From the NCBI RefSeq assembly GCF_036365525.1, contig NC_090377.1, positions 100,247,141-100,311,140 on the forward strand: a stretch of DNA of 64,000 nt, read 5' to 3'. This document shows, in pieces, positions 1 to 13,359 of the stretch (within the stretch, counting starts at the first letter, position 1; each line of letters begins with the position of its first letter). A program made the position numbers and the translations under genes. The stretch comes from Heterodontus francisci (lineage: Eukaryota). The notes beneath the pieces were generated by a model that was given only the letters and a program-made list of their open reading frames with translations, did not search any database and was not told where the DNA came from.

Positions 1-69
1 CTGTACCATTGTTGTTTTTGGTGCTTAGGTTGATGTCGGGTGGTTCTTCTGGTTTTATTCTTCTTCATC

Positions 70-406
70 TTTTCTGTAACGGTTTTGTACAACTGAGTGG
101 CTTGCTAGGCCATTTCAGAAGGAAGTTAATAGTCGTGCACATTGCTGTGTGCCTTGAGTTGCATTTAGGCCAGACCAGGTAAGGACAGCAGATTTTCTTT
201 GCTAAAGGACATTAAAGTGAACCAGATGGCTTTTTACGACAACTTGGTAGTTACATAGTCACGATTACTGAGACTAGCTTTTAATTCAAGATTTATTAAT
301 TAATTGAATTTAAATTCCTACAGCTGCCATGCTTTGAACTCGTGGCCCCAGAGCATTAGTCGGTGTCTCTGGATTACTAGTGCAGTAACATTACCACTAT
401 GCCATC
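70..406 (-). mobile_element. tRNA-headed retroposon 5' segment (SINE head or LINE 5' UTR), decayed
   Basis: The minus strand begins GATGGCATAGTGGTAATG (A-box-like) and continues to GAGTTCAAAGC (B-box-like), followed by non-coding body. The family was not determined. Confidence 0.55.
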
Positions 407-530
407 ATCTTCTTATATTCTCTGCCTCAGCTAATAAAGCCAAGTAGCCCGTATGACTTCTTAACACCTTATCTACCTGTCCAGCCACCTTCAGGAATCT
501 GTTGTCATGCACTCCAAGGTCCCTTTGTTC
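407..530 (-). mobile_element. CR1 LINE ORF2 C-terminal fragment
   Basis: Translates QRDLGVH..LKVAGQVDKV, matching the EQRDLGVQVHKSLKVATQV segment of the CR1 at 26536-27265. Confidence 0.7.
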
Positions 531-1370
531 CCTAAACTTCTCTTGTAGCTGGTGTATGAAGAAGATCATGTCCACGGTAGATCTGATGGCACGGAAACTG
601 CACTCTGTTTCCGGGTACACTCGGTCTGCAAGTAAATGGAGTCTTCAAGTATAATCCTAGCAAAGGCCTTCCCCATGACACTAAGGAGTGTAATGCCCCT
701 GTAGTTGTTGTAGTCCCCTCTGTCACCTTTGTTTTTTGTATAGTGTGATGATTTTCACATCACGCATCTCCCGTGGCCTACTTTCCAGCAGAGAAGGTCA
801 TCAGTGTGCCAATAGATGGGATTTTCCATGCTTGGGCAGTTCAGCTGGGATTCCATCCTTGCTGGGTGCCCTTAGAGTCATAGAGAGATACAGCACTGAA
901 ACAGGCCCTTTGGCCCACCAAGTCTGTGCTGCCCATCAACCAGCCATTTTATACTAATCCTACATTAATCCCATGTTCCCTACCACATCCCCACAATTCT
1001 CCTACCACCTACCTACACGAGCGGCAATTTACCTATCAACCTGCAAGTCTTTGGCTGTGGGAGGAAACCGGAGCACCCGGCAGAAACCCAAACAGTCACA
1101 GGGGGAACTTGCAAACTCTGCACAGGCAGTACCCAGAACCGAATCCAGGTCACTGGAGCTGTGAGGCTGTGGTGCTAACCACTGCGCCACTGTGCTGCCT
1201 TCTGTTCACTAGGTGATCTGTGGCTCGAGCTCCAGTGATGAGGATTCTTCATCTAACTCATCCATGACAGGAAGTTGCGGGAGAGCATCAAGTGCGTACT
1301 GGGAGATGTCTGGCTCACAGGAGTACAGCTCACAGTAGTGTTCAGCCCAGCAGGTCATTTGTTTATTTTT
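531..1370 (-). mobile_element. RTE-clade LINE RT fragment (old), interrupted by a SINE at 873-1199
   Basis: YPETECSFRAIRSTVDMIFFIHQLQEKFREQ, NNYRGITLLS and LPVMDELD motifs are colinear with the RTE copy at 5289-7232. Confidence 0.8.
873..1199 (-). mobile_element. V-SINE / HE1-like tRNA-derived SINE with CR1-type 3' tail
   Basis: Minus strand shows a tRNA head (GGCAGCACAGTGGCGCAGTGGTTAGCAC...GGATTCGGTTC), a V-domain-like core (GGGTGCTCCGGTTTCCTCCCACAGCCAAAGAC) and a CR1-like tail (GGGCCTGTTTCAGTGCTGTATCTCTCTATGACTCT). Confidence 0.85.
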
Positions 1371-2433
1371 GTTGGTGACAATTAACAATCAGATGACAGG
1401 CATTTTCTTGTATCCTGTCCAGAAGGACAAGCCAGCTACTAGTTGAGCTTCCTCTGAATAGAAGCTGCTTTCATGATTTGGACAGATTTGGGCTTTACAG
1501 AGTTAAAAATTGTTAAGAGGAAAAGAAAAATATGGTGCAAAAGTGAAAAACACAGCTTTTAGGAGGCAGGTGCTTTTAAAAGCTGTGTTTGAGCTATACT
1601 CGGACAGTATACTTGAGTAAAAACACACTTAGCAGGAGTGCACTCTACTGCTACAATAATTTACCCTGGTTCTGGCAATTAACTTCGATCAGAATACCCT
1701 TTAGAATGCTATGAAACCTCTGATACAATCACTGCTTTCTAAATTCAAAAGGATAATGGTTTTCTATTGAATATCCTGGACCATCTTTAATGGAAATATA
1801 AAAATGTATTCAGATAAAATATCTTTGAATATGAGACTTCTGGCCTGCCGGCAAACCATTTGTTACTTTGATTGAAAGCAATAAAATGATTTGTTGAATC
1901 ATGGTGGTATTTTATTCACCTGTGATTTATGAGACTGAAAATCCATTTTTTCAGGAGTCAACATGCAATGTTCCTGAGTGTACACACCAGTGTTATTGTG
2001 CTTTAGAAATATGGCAACAAATAATATTTGAATATCAATAAATTTGGTTAAGTGGAGTGTGGTAGATCTGAAATTAAGTCTTTTTCATTTTCTTAAGGAA
2101 ACAATGCTTTCACATAGGGCAGGATCGATCAGTCTTACCTTTTCTAGTCACATATAGGCCAGAGATAAGAAACAATAATGCTTGCCCTTCCAGCCATATG
2201 ATGTTCTCCTACTGTGAGCAACAAACCTACAGAGCAGAACAGGGAGAGTATTTCCTTCAAAGGAATAAATCAATGACTGGTTTAGATGGTGCAATACCTG
2301 CAATGACTGGTAACCATAATAACTTAGATAGTCATGGGCTGCAAGAAATAGGCTCAAGTGCCAAAAACACTCAACTTTACCTTTTGCTTTTATCAGATAT
2401 ATGCAGTTTCTGTTCTCCCCTGTTCTGATTTGT

Positions 2434-3247
2434 AGGGTAATTTTAACCCCAGAAAAGGGTAGTGTTGAGACGGGTGGGAAGTTAAAATGTTAAAAATCTG
2501 AAGCAGGAGCCTAACCTTCCACTTCTGGATTGGTATGAGGGGGGCAGGTGATTAATCCACTCTCAGGAGGTGGGTCGGCCACTGAAACCTTTTAAAGAGG
2601 CTGCGTCACTCCATTTTAACAGTGATTCTATTTTTAACCACAGTCGCCCAGGCCTCAGGAAACCCAGCAGGTAAAAGGAAGCAAGAAGGGCCAGATACAT
2701 CAGGTAAATGTTGTTACAGCACTTCCTTTGGGCCAGGAAGATCTGGAGTGTTTCCTTCAGGGCCAACAAGCTAACCTGTAAAACCATCCCACAACCATCT
2801 CCATGATCTCCCCCCGAACTCCCATGATCATCGACTTCAGCCTGCAATCACTGATCTCCCCCGTTTGTGACCAATTCGTCTCCCCCAATCTCTTGTCGCT
2901 CCTTCCTATCTGTCTCTAAACTCCCTACCTCTACTCCTGATCTCTCTGCCAACACCCCCACCTGCAACCATCCAACCCTCCAAATCTCAGTGTATTCCCC
3001 CCTCCCCTCACTACCCAACTCTTCCCCACCCTTTCACGATCTCGACCCCAAGAAGCACAGAACCTTCCTGATCCTGGTTTGTGGCCTTTTCTAAAGCATT
3101 CCCTACCCAACAGGGAGCCAAGCCTGTCAATCACGCTGCTTCCAGGCAGGGAACCTGTTAAAAAAACACACAGACACACACCCCATGGTATCAAAACTCC
3201 AGTGTTTGGCCAACCAGAATTCCTCCCCCCACTTTGAAATCCCACCC
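2434..3247. mobile_element. Putative non-autonomous DNA transposon (MITE-like)
   Basis: Starts AGGGTAATTTTAA and ends TTGAAATCCCACCC (degenerate inverted termini). It is a non-coding, GC-richer island in AT-rich DNA. Confidence 0.4.
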
Positions 3248-5288
3248 TCTCCAGTAAATAAGAGGGCCTTGCACTTTGTTCACTGTCAGTGTTCGGAGTG
3301 AGATTTTTGCTGAAAAAGAACAAGACAGATCGCAAAACTAATTTTTAGGAGAAAGGTTGATTTAAAATAGGTACTTTTTAAAAACTATATTCATGACTTT
3401 CACTACAATTGAATGAAACCTAATAGGTCTCTGTTTATATTTTTCATTTCTGCTCATAACCAAAATAGCAGCTCAGCTTTGCTATACCATTTTGCAGCAC
3501 TTGTCAGGAAGAATGTATTATTTATATTTTTGATTTTATCAATAATATTCCTTCCCTGGACCAGGACTGTGATATTGCCAACTGACAGAGAGAGAGTTTT
3601 GCCAAATAATAATGTTCTTCCCTAGACTGAAATATACCCTGGAGTGGTGGAACTCAGTGCAAATAATCTTCGACTGGTCTTGTCTCATTATGTTAAATAC
3701 ACTCTGTTCCTATCACATGCAGCATCAAAGCTGTACTCAGTAGTCTAGGGTTACTGACTCCAAAGGAATATTTATTGATGTAACTGAAGGTCTAGAATCA
3801 AGTGATAAATTTCAAATGAGAAAGCTCCTACACAGTTTTCTTTTAAATTAAAAAATCTAATAAAAATACAAGATGTAATGGGCTCTCAGAATTTTGTGTA
3901 ATAAATGAGTTTATCTAAGCAATTCTATTGTATTGCTGTCTTACAACACACAGCAAGATAATGCAATATTGCTATGTTTATATTGTACACCAGCTGCAAT
4001 ATACATTTTGTGTTGATGCGATGATGCATCGATAATGCTAAATATGCAGTAAAACACAGGAGTAATGTTTGTGGATTGTGAATTCTGACAAGCAGTGTGA
4101 AAACTGCTTTGTCTTCACATGGCTGCAGTCTAACTCCAGTCATTGTAAATTAAACTGTTTTAAACCTTTTCCTCTGCTGATCCAGGCTCTGAGAAAGCAT
4201 ATTACCACAATCATGTCAACATACAATAAAAAACAGACTGGAAAAGACCAACTGACCCATTGAGTATGTCCTAATCATCTGCGTTGCAACTAGGCAACAT
4301 GACCCCCAACACTCTTTGCCCACCAGCAGCCATTTCCGAGGTGGGCTTGCCAGGGTCCGCAGAAATGGTGAGTGGCAAGCACGACCAAACAAGTAACGTG
4401 GCTTCTGATCACAGTGGCGTGCTTTCTTTCATACAATATCGTGCACAACATGACATACTGTGAATGGGTGGCTTCTAAAGAACCTAAGGGTGAGGTAAAC
4501 ATTCGCCATCTCATTGTCGTGCCACTGGGAATTCTACTGCCACAGATGTCATTAGGAAGAATACCATAAACATTTGCCAACGTGAGATTTTTCGATGTCT
4601 CTTTTTAGATGATTGAGTGCAGGTGTGTGCAGAAGGTTCCAGAGCCTGTTTCCAGCAAGAGTTACAGATGCTTGTCCAAGGCCTGACTCAAAACTTGTGG
4701 GTGTAATTGAGCGGGAATCCAATGGAACTGAGTACTGCTGGATTTTTATTCTTTTTCTGTCTCATTACTACCCAAACCTGGATTAGGAGTAAGACAAAAA
4801 TCATCTCCAGTTTTCCTTTAAATCCAGTAAAAGCAAGGATTCCACATAAAGTTGAATTGTGCAGGTAAATATATAGCTAGAACCTGTTTAATCAAAAATC
4901 AAGAAACAACTATCCAAGCCTTCGTGCATCTATGTGTAAACCACTTCCTTTCTTGATGCTATGAATTACATGCTCCTTCATTTTTTATTGCTGATTAACA
5001 TTCCTGAATATGTTTTCCTTTTCTCTGTGACCTTTAATGGGCTTTTGATGTTGAACCTATTTGAGGAACTGTCTGTCGCTGCTGTCAGTATGTCATATTC
5101 AACACAAGATCTAACTGTTCTGGGAATGATGCTCTTGTATTTAAACCATTTCAGAAAAAAAATATTGTCAAAAGAAAAATGTAATCCACAGGAATATTGC
5201 CTCTACGCACCCCGCCCCCACCCCCCAATACCCGACGCATCAGAACACAATAAAAATCTTCTAGGTCATGCATGGAAAATATTACTTA

Positions 5289-7232
5289 TCTTCTTCTTTG
5301 GCCTCCTTATCTCGAGAGACAATGGGTAAGCGCCTGGAGGTGGTCAGTGGTTTGTGGAGCAGCGCCTGGAGTGGCTATAAAGGCCAATTCTAGAGTGACA
5401 GGCTCTTCCACAGGTGCTGCAGAAAAATTTGTTTGTCGGGGCTGTTACACAGTTGGCTCTCTCCTTGCGCTTCTGTCTTTTTTCCTGCCAACTGCTAAGT
5501 CTCTTCGACTCGCCACACTTTAGCCCCGCCTTTATGGCTGCCCGCCAGCACTGGCGAACGCTGGCAACTGACTCCCACGACTTGTGATCAATGTCACAGG
5601 ACTTCATGTCGCGTTTGCAGACGTCTTTAAAGCGGAGACATGGACAGCCGGTGGGTCTGATACCAGTGGCGAGCTCGCTGTACAATGTGTCTTTGGGGAT
5701 CCTGCCATCTTCCATGCGGCTCACATGGCCAAGCCATCTCAAGCGCCACTGACTCAGTAGTGTGTATAAGCTGCGGATGTTGGCTGCCTCGAGGACTTCT
5801 GTGTTGGAGATACGGTCCTGCCACCTGATGCCAAGTATTCTCCGGAGGCAGCGAAGATGGAATGAATTGAGACGTCGCTCTTGGCTGACATACATTGTCC
5901 AGGCCTCGCTGCCATAGAGCAAGGTACTGAGGACACAGCCTTGATACACTCAGACTTTTGCGTTCCGTGTCAGTGAGCCATTTTCCCACACTCTCTTGGC
6001 CAGTCTGGACATAGCAGTGGAAGCCTTTCCCATGCGCTTGTTGATTTCTGCATCTAGAGACAGGTTACTGGTGATAGTTGAGCATAGGTAGGTGAACTCT
6101 TGAACCACTTCCAGAGCGTGGTCGCCAATATTGATGGATGGAGCATTTCTGACGTCCTGTCCCATGATGTTCATTTTCTTGAGGCTGATGGTTAGGCCAA
6201 ATTCGTTGCAGGCAGCCGCAAACCTGTCGATGAGACTCTGCAGACACTCTTCAGTGTGAGATGTTAAAGCAGCATCGTCAGCAAAGAGGAGTTCCCTGAT
6301 GAGGACTTTCCGTACTTTGGACTTCGCTCTTAGACAGGCCTGCCCCCTGATCTTGTGTGGAGGAAATTCCTTCTTCTGAAGACTTGAACGCATGTGAGAG
6401 CAGCAGGGGGAAGAAAATCCCAAAAAGTGTGAGTGCGAGAACACAGCCCTGTTTCACGCCACTCAGGATAGGAAAGGCGTCTGATGAGGCGCCGCTATGT
6501 TGAATTGTGCCTTTCATATTGTCATGGAATGAGGTGATGATACTTAGTAGCTTTGGTGGACATCCAATCTTTTCTAGTAGTCTGAAGAGACCACGTCTGC
6601 TGACGAGGTCAAAGGCTTTGGTGAGATCAATGAAAGCAATGTAGAGGGGCATCTGTTGTTCGCGGCATTTCTCCTGTATCTGATGAAGGGAGAACAGCAT
6701 GTCAATGGTCGATCTCTCTGCACGAAAGCCACACTGTGCCTCAGGGTAGACGCACTCGGCCAGCTTCTGGAGCCTGTTTAAAGCGACTCGAGCAAAGACT
6801 TTCCCCACTATGCTGAGCAGGGAGATTCCATGGTAGTTGTTGCAGTCACCGTGGTCACCTTTGTTTTTATAGAGGGTGATAATATTGGCATCGCGCATGT
6901 CCTGAGGTACTGCTCCCTCGTCCCAGCACAGGCATAGCAGTTCATGTAGTGCTGAGAGTATAGCAGGCTTGGCACTCTTGATTATTTCAGGGGTAATGCT
7001 GTCCTTCCCAGGGGCTTTTCTGCTGGCTAGAGAATCAATGGCATCACTGAGTTCCGATTTTTGTTGGCTGTACGTCCAGCTCATCCATGACTGGTAGAGG
7101 CTGGGCTGCATTGAGGGCAGTCTCAGTGACAACATTCTCCTTGGAGTACAGTTCTAGATAGTGCTCAATCCAGCGGTCCATTTGCTTGCATTGTTCAGTG
7201 ATTATGTCCCCTGATTTAGATTTGAGGGTGGC
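5289..7232 (-). mobile_element. RTE-clade (BovB/Expander-like) LINE, 5'-truncated, relatively young
   Basis: RT motifs APGKDSI, NYHGISLLSIVGKVFAR, QCGFR, FIDLTKAFD, GVKQGCVL and LLFADDAAL. C-terminal CSTCGRACHSRIGLYSH zinc motif and (GAA)n-type tail. Few frameshifts or stops; CpGs retained. Confidence 0.95.
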
Positions 7233-7640
7233 ATAGCAACATAAGAAATAAGAACAGGAGTAGGCCATTCAGCCCTTTGCCCGCTCCGCCATTCAATATG
7301 ATGGTGGCTGATCTTCTACCTCAATTCCACCTTCCTGCACTGTCCCTATATCCCTTCATTCCCATAGTATCCAAAAATCCACAAATCGCTATCTTGAATA
7401 TGGTCAATGACCGAGCATCCACACAATCTGGGGTCAAGAATTCCTAAGATCCACAACCCTTTGAGTGATGAAAATTCTCCTCATCTCAGTCCTAAATGGA
7501 AGACCCGTTATTTTGAGATCGTGACCCCTAGTTCTAGACTCCACAGTCATGGGAAACATCCTCCCAGCATCCACTATATCATGCCCTTTAAGAATTTTGT
7601 TTGTTTCAATGAGATCGCCTCTCATTCTTCTAAATTCCAG
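7233..7640 (-). mobile_element. CR1 LINE 3' end
   Basis: MRGDLIETNKILKG..RTRGH..FITQRVV, followed by the CR1 3' UTR ending GAATGGCCTACTCCTGTTCTTATTTCTTATG. Confidence 0.9.
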
Positions 7641-7665
7641 GCAATATCAAGAGTGGTATTGAAGC

Positions 7666-8743
7666 AAGGTAGCAAAGTCTGCTCATTTTGTAGCTCTGTC
7701 ACTATTTTTGATGCATTAAAATTTTAAAAGGAAAGCTGAAATCCTAAATTAAACTTTTAAAAAGACAGCTGTTAAGATGGCCACAGCAATTTGCATTGAA
7801 ATACCTCACATTACAATGTATCGAGGTGGAGACGTATGTCTGAATAGCCCTCATCCAGAACAATGGCTTGAGCAGTTTGAATGCTACCTGGTATTGGTTT
7901 CATTAGCAAGACATTCAAAGCCATCTTGGAACATTAACACTAGTGGAGACGAACCTCAAGGGGATAATCATTGAAACAATAAAATCTGAGAATGATAGGA
8001 ATTCTTAGACTTGGATCTCATTAAAGTGCAAAAGAGAATACACTGGGAGAATCATGTGACAGTCTCCCCAGTCTGTATGAAAACTTGGAGTTTCTTTTAA
8101 CCACATCAGACAAGCTTTGAGTTCTAACCTGTGCAGGAGCCCAGTGGTCTCTCTCTCTCTCTCTCTCTCTTTGCAGGTAACACTAAGTTTCAAATGCTGT
8201 CTGCAGACTGCAAAACATCTAAGTGTACCATTGCTGAAGATGGAGACTCTGGGAGAAAGCCATCTACATCACTGTCTCCAAGAAAAGCCTGAACCAGGTG
8301 GCCACCTCTACTAGCCACCAATTTCAGGACCACAAATTCAGCCAGAAGACAACTGAATTACCAGACTTCACAGACTGTATATTATTCTATTTGTTCTGAA
8401 CTCTAATCCAACCAATCTATTCTTCATCACTCTCTAACCTATTTGTATGTGTTTGGTTTGCTGTGTATGTGCTTGTGTGCATGTGAGTGAGAGAAAGTTG
8501 GAGCATTGTTTATTATTTTTACTTAGATTGGCTTTTGATTTTAAGTGCAATCAACTAACCTCTTTCTTGTTTAAACTCAAGAAAACCTGTCTAATTGCTT
8601 CTTTTATGATAGCACATAAAGGGTTAAACACTCACTGAATTGATAAGCACATCCATTGTTTAAAAGAAATAAACCATGTTGCGGTCAAACAAGGAGAGGG
8701 ACAAGAGGGCAGCCCTTTGACCCCTCCTCACCTGATTGTAACA
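7666..8743 (+). mobile_element. Gypsy-type LTR (left boundary approximate)
   Basis: Ends CCCCTCCTCACCTGATTGTAACA, similar to the reverse complement of the terminus of the solo LTR at 17571. AATAAA precedes the end, and there is an internal (CT)n tract. Confidence 0.6.
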
Positions 8744-9098
8744 AGCACGTGCACATACTTAACAACATGACATGTCTCAATCACTGTTTTACACCTGTTC
8801 AAAAACATTTGCAGTTAAGTCACGCAACTTTATACCATGAACAGGCTCATCTCCATTTTTTGTAATACCTGCGTCATGGATGGTCTACCAATGTATGTGC
8901 GCCTTAACAGAGCCACTTCCCCATTTCCAATGAACCCATTAAGCGGACAGATTTGGATTTTACTTTGAAGGGGCACTGTGGTAGATTTCACCTTCACCAC
9001 TTGAGTAGAGTGGATCTCCCATCCGTTGCAGAACACACCCAAGTGCGGCAGGTGAAAATGACTCCCACTATTTTTAAGAACATGCTTACTAGACTTTC

Positions 9099-9410
9099 TG
9101 GGCTGGACTTTGTTGGACGTCTGATGTCGGGCTCTGTGGCGGTGAGGGCACCAGCCCGCCATGGAGCGCGACGCTGTGATTGCCGGGCCCGATGTTCCTG
9201 GCGGCGGCGAGGCTCCGTCGTGGCACCCCACCGCTTGGCGACGGGACCCAACTTTAAATATTTAAATAAAGGATAGACATATATTTACATACATTTTACA
9301 GCGATCTTGCTGTCTGTTCACAGCCTTCCGTGCGACGGCTGGCACTCATGCGCCTTCACTTTCCGTCCAGGGAAAGCTGGTGCCACCGAGGCGGGGAAGG
9401 TCGGGGGGCT
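9099..9410. mobile_element. CpG-rich MITE-like fragment
   Basis: Begins GGGCTGGACTTT, the same terminal type as GGCTGAATTTT at 22267. Rich in CpG. The right end abuts Gypsy pol. Confidence 0.45.
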
Positions 9411-11220
9411 CTTGCAGGAAAAGGTTCCAGGAATTTTTCCTTCATGTGCTGTGACCCGAGCAATGTCTAAACAAGTTCCATTGTCGGAGGTCAAATTGGC
9501 ACCACAGACAGATAGCCAAATATCTGAAACTTTCTTTGGGGATTTGGATAATCCAAAGGAAATGTTTAGTAAGTCTTCTCTGATCAAGGCTCAGCAAGCT
9601 GATCCAGAGTTAAATAAAGCGGCACGATCAGCTCTAACTGAAGCTCAAGCAAAGGGAGTTCCGGAAGGCTACTATATTAAAAATGAGATTCTGTGAGGAA
9701 GTGGAGACCTCACAGACCTGTGGATGAAGAATGGACAGTAGTTCACCAGATAATGTTACCACCCAAGCATTGCCAGGAAATATTAAGGATTGAGCATGAA
9801 ATTCCTATGGCGGGACTTTTTTTTATATTCATGGGATGTGGCCATTGCTGGCTAGGCCAGCATTTATTACCCATCCCTAATTGCCCTTGAGAAGGTGGTG
9901 ATGAGCTGCCTTCTTGAACCACTGCAGTCCTTGGGGTGTAGGTGCACCCACAGAGCTGTTAGGAAGGGAGTTCCAGGATTTTGACCCCAGCAACAGTGAA
10001 GGACCAGCGATATAGTTCCAAGTCAGGATGGTGTGTGGCTTGGAGGGGAACTTTCAGGTGGTGGTGTTCCCATGCATCTGCTATGTAGGGATCCGGAAGA
10101 CCCAATCACATATAAGTCGACATTTCTACTGGCTGGGTCTTTCCAAGGCCGTGGTGCAGTTTTGTAAAACATGTCATATGTGCCAGATTGTGGGAAAACC
10201 ACGACCTGCCATAAAACCGGCCCCTCTAATTCCCATACCAGTTTTGGGGAACCATTTAGTAGGATGTTGATAGATTGTGTGGGACATTTACCCAAAACAA
10301 AAGTGGGACATCAATATATACTCACGATTATGGATATGGCTACTCGGTTCCCAGAGCCCATTGCCTTGCGAACAATTTCTGCTAAGGTAGTGGTAGAAAA
10401 GTTAACTCGGTTCTTCACTAGATATGGATTACCGATTGAGATTCAGTCGGATCAAGGTTCTAATTTTATGTCTAAAATTTTTCAGGAAGTTATGAGTAAT
10501 CTGGGTATAATACAGTTAAAGTTTTCAGCCTACCACCCACAGACACAAGGGGCTTTAGAACGGTACCATCAGACCCTCAAAATGATGATCAGGGCATACT
10601 GACACAAATATCCCCATGACTGGGATAAAAGGTTGAAATTTATTTTGTTTGCCACTAGGGATTCACTAATGAGTCTACCGGTTTTAGTCCTTTTGAATTA
10701 GTTTATAGACATGAGGTAAGAGGTCCTTTAAAACTAATCAAAGAAAAGTTTTTACAACAGAGGGACGAATCTTCTGTGTTAGATTATGTATCCGTGTTCC
10801 GGGAACAGCTCACGTGAGCCTGCAAAGTGGCTCAGGAACACCTGAAAGCTTCCCAAACAACCATGAAGAGATGGGTAGACAAACATGCCAAGATCTGAAC
10901 ATTTCAACCAGGGGATGAGGTGTTAGTATTATTGCTTTTACAGGGTGAACTGCTGAAAGCACGGTTCCGTGGTCTATATAGAGTAGTCAAAAGAATTGGT
11001 GAAGTAAATTATTTGATTGATACCCCAGATCACCAGAAAAAGAATCAGCTGTGTCATATCAATATGTTGAAACAATATCATCGCCGGGAGGAGGATAAGC
11101 AAGCACGGGCATGTCAGGTGGTAGGGACAGTGAAGGATGAGTTAGTGAGGATGAGGCAGAAGAAGGCCTAGAAAATTCTTAAATTGAACCTCTTACTATC
11201 CGGTTAGCTAATACTGAATT
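9411..11220 (+). mobile_element. Gypsy/Ty3 LTR retrotransposon integrase region, pseudogenised
   Basis: AVTRAM, LIKAQQADPEL, zinc-binding H..GHVGIRKT..HFYW..CKTCHMCQ, catalytic IDCVG, IQSDQGSNF and SAYHPQTQGALER, and GPY-like C-terminus (RFRGLYRVVKRIGEVNY..CHINMLK). Stops and frameshifts are present. Confidence 0.95.
9817..10082 (-). mobile_element. LINE 3' tail (same family as 14400-16405) inserted in the Gypsy integrase
   Basis: Reverse complement of the tail at ~16150-16400, with poly(A). Removing it rejoins GGAC|ATGTAGGG (G-H-V-G). Confidence 0.9.
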
Positions 11221-11619
11221 ATTAGGGATTATTAATTATTATTAATTAATTATTAATTATTTATGATTATTCACCTCATCTACTCCATGTGGTACCAGGT
11301 TCCACATTCTAAATACTTGCTGAGTAAAGAAGTTTTTCCTGATTTTCTTATCAGATTTATTAGTTACTAACTTACATTAATTAATATTAACTGGGTACAC
11401 ATTTAAATATATGTTGTGACCTGTGGAGAAGTGGAACTAGAGAGACAGGGCACTCCTCCTGCCTTGGTTGTAACATGACCAGAAAATTAGATAGGATTAT
11501 ATAGCCCCTCTCTCCATTGCACTGCCATAAGTTAGATAAATGCATCATTGCATGATGCCATGTATACCTTACCTTCTTGGCTATCAGTGTATCACCAGTT
11601 TGCTTCCCAAAATTAACTT

Positions 11620-12135
11620 ATATAGAATGACATAACATTTATAGCACAAAAACAGACCATTCTATCCAACTGGTCTACAGCAGCATTTTTGCTCTACATG
11701 AACTTCCCCCCACTCTACTTCATCTAACCCTATCAGCTTTACCTTCTATTCCTTTGTCCCTCAAGTATTCATGTAGCTTTCCCTGAACTGCATCTATGCA
11801 ATTCACCTCATCTACTCCATGTGGTACCAAGTTCCACATTCTAAATGCTTGCTGAGTAAAGAGGTTTTCCCTGATTTTCTTATTAGATTTATTACTTACT
11901 AACTTACATTTCTGACCCCTAAGTTTAGGATTCCCTCACAAGCAGAAGTCTTTCCTCTACATCTACCCTATCAAACCCTTCATAATTGTAAACACCTCTG
12001 TTAGGTCACCCCTATGTCTTCTATTGTTCGTGAAAAGAGCCCTGTCATTTCTAGTGTCATCCTTGTAAACCTTTTTTGCACCTTCTATAGTGCCTCTATA
12101 TTCTTTTTGGAATATGGAGACCAGAACTGAGCATA
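11620..12135 (-). mobile_element. CR1 LINE 3' remnant (old)
   Basis: Decayed reverse complement of QFWSP..IEALEKVQKRFTRM plus 3' UTR. Confidence 0.7.
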
Positions 12136-12594
12136 GTGAGCCTCATGGAATATCGAAAGCAGACCTGAAATTTGTAACAGTGTTAAACGATTTGAAAAGT
12201 TAAGGAATTCTTTTGTGTCACTCTTTCTCCAGGTCACTAATGTGCATTAAATGTTTGTTTAAGGAAAATCAAGATCGGAATTAATCTTCTGTCTTGAGTG
12301 TCTGAAGCAGATTTCTGCAAAATAGAGCCCAGCAATATCCCACTGCAGTTCATAAACTAATTCATATTAAATGAGTGTGTTTGATATTATGACAACTGCA
12401 TTACACAGCACTAATATAGGATATGAACTTATTCCAAATTTCCCTGTTTTTCCCAAATGATATTAATGTTTGTGAAGAGTTAAAGGTATTTCTAATCCCT
12501 TTAGTATCAGGGATTCAAACACTCACTCTGATGGCATAATAACCATAGGTCAAATCCGGCTCATAAAAGCAATAATTTAATCAACAAAATTAAT

Positions 12595-13359
12595 GCGCAG
12601 ATTTTGTAGTCAACAGGAAAGCAATGACGCTCTCCGCTGTCCTGGAAGAAAGCAGCCTACAAAGATCTAGTGATCTCTGTGGCATGGACTTTCCCTTTCC
12701 CATCAGCAATTGAAATTTGATGCCAAGTCAAGATCTCCTGCTGTGCAGCAGCAGTGATGGCAACAAGCAGGGTAAGCAGCCAATCACATTGAAGTATTCT
12801 CACAGACAGCAAACCAGGAGGTTAACAAAACTGAATACCTTTACTTTTAATTTAACATTTCAGATAGCGAAATAAATTATGATTGGGTTAAGATAGAAGC
12901 TAAAATAAAGATAAGCAAACTTAATTTTTAAAAAGTGTAATTTTTTATCATAATGGAGAAATTCCACCAATATAAAATTAGCTTTTCAGGGCCACTGAAG
13001 GTGTTTAGCAGTAATTATGAACTTAGTATGCTGTTAAAAACCAAGTGACACTTTATTCAACAAGGTGTAACTATTTCAAGGTTTTGTACAGTGAGACTAA
13101 CAGCATAAGAGTGGAATTTATCATCAGTTCAAAGACTGATTGCACTCTTTGGGGCTGGGGGGTGGTTTGGTGGTGGTGGGGTGCCATAAAGGTGCACTTT
13201 CCGGTGAAGCTGGAGAAGTCTAGAATCACTGACAGCAAGTTCTGAATTTCCACATTATTCTGTGCATGTGTGGGCTCCCAAAGTGGCTGTCAGTTTCAGT
13301 AGAGTATTGACAGCGAACGCTGATAATTTTGTCATCATTACCTCTGCAAAATTCAGGCC
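12595..13359. mobile_element. Putative MITE-like element
   Basis: Degenerate inverted termini GCGCAGATTTTGTAG ... CTGCAAAATTCAGGCC; non-coding. Confidence 0.4.

Noticed and set aside
873-1199. tRNA gene
   Set aside because: The tRNA-like A/B boxes are a SINE head followed by a V-domain and a LINE tail; there is no complete cloverleaf.
7666-11220. One continuous Gypsy provirus (LTR plus integrase)
   Set aside because: There is no PBS or gag after the LTR; unrelated sequence and a MITE fragment intervene, and there is no matching 3' LTR.
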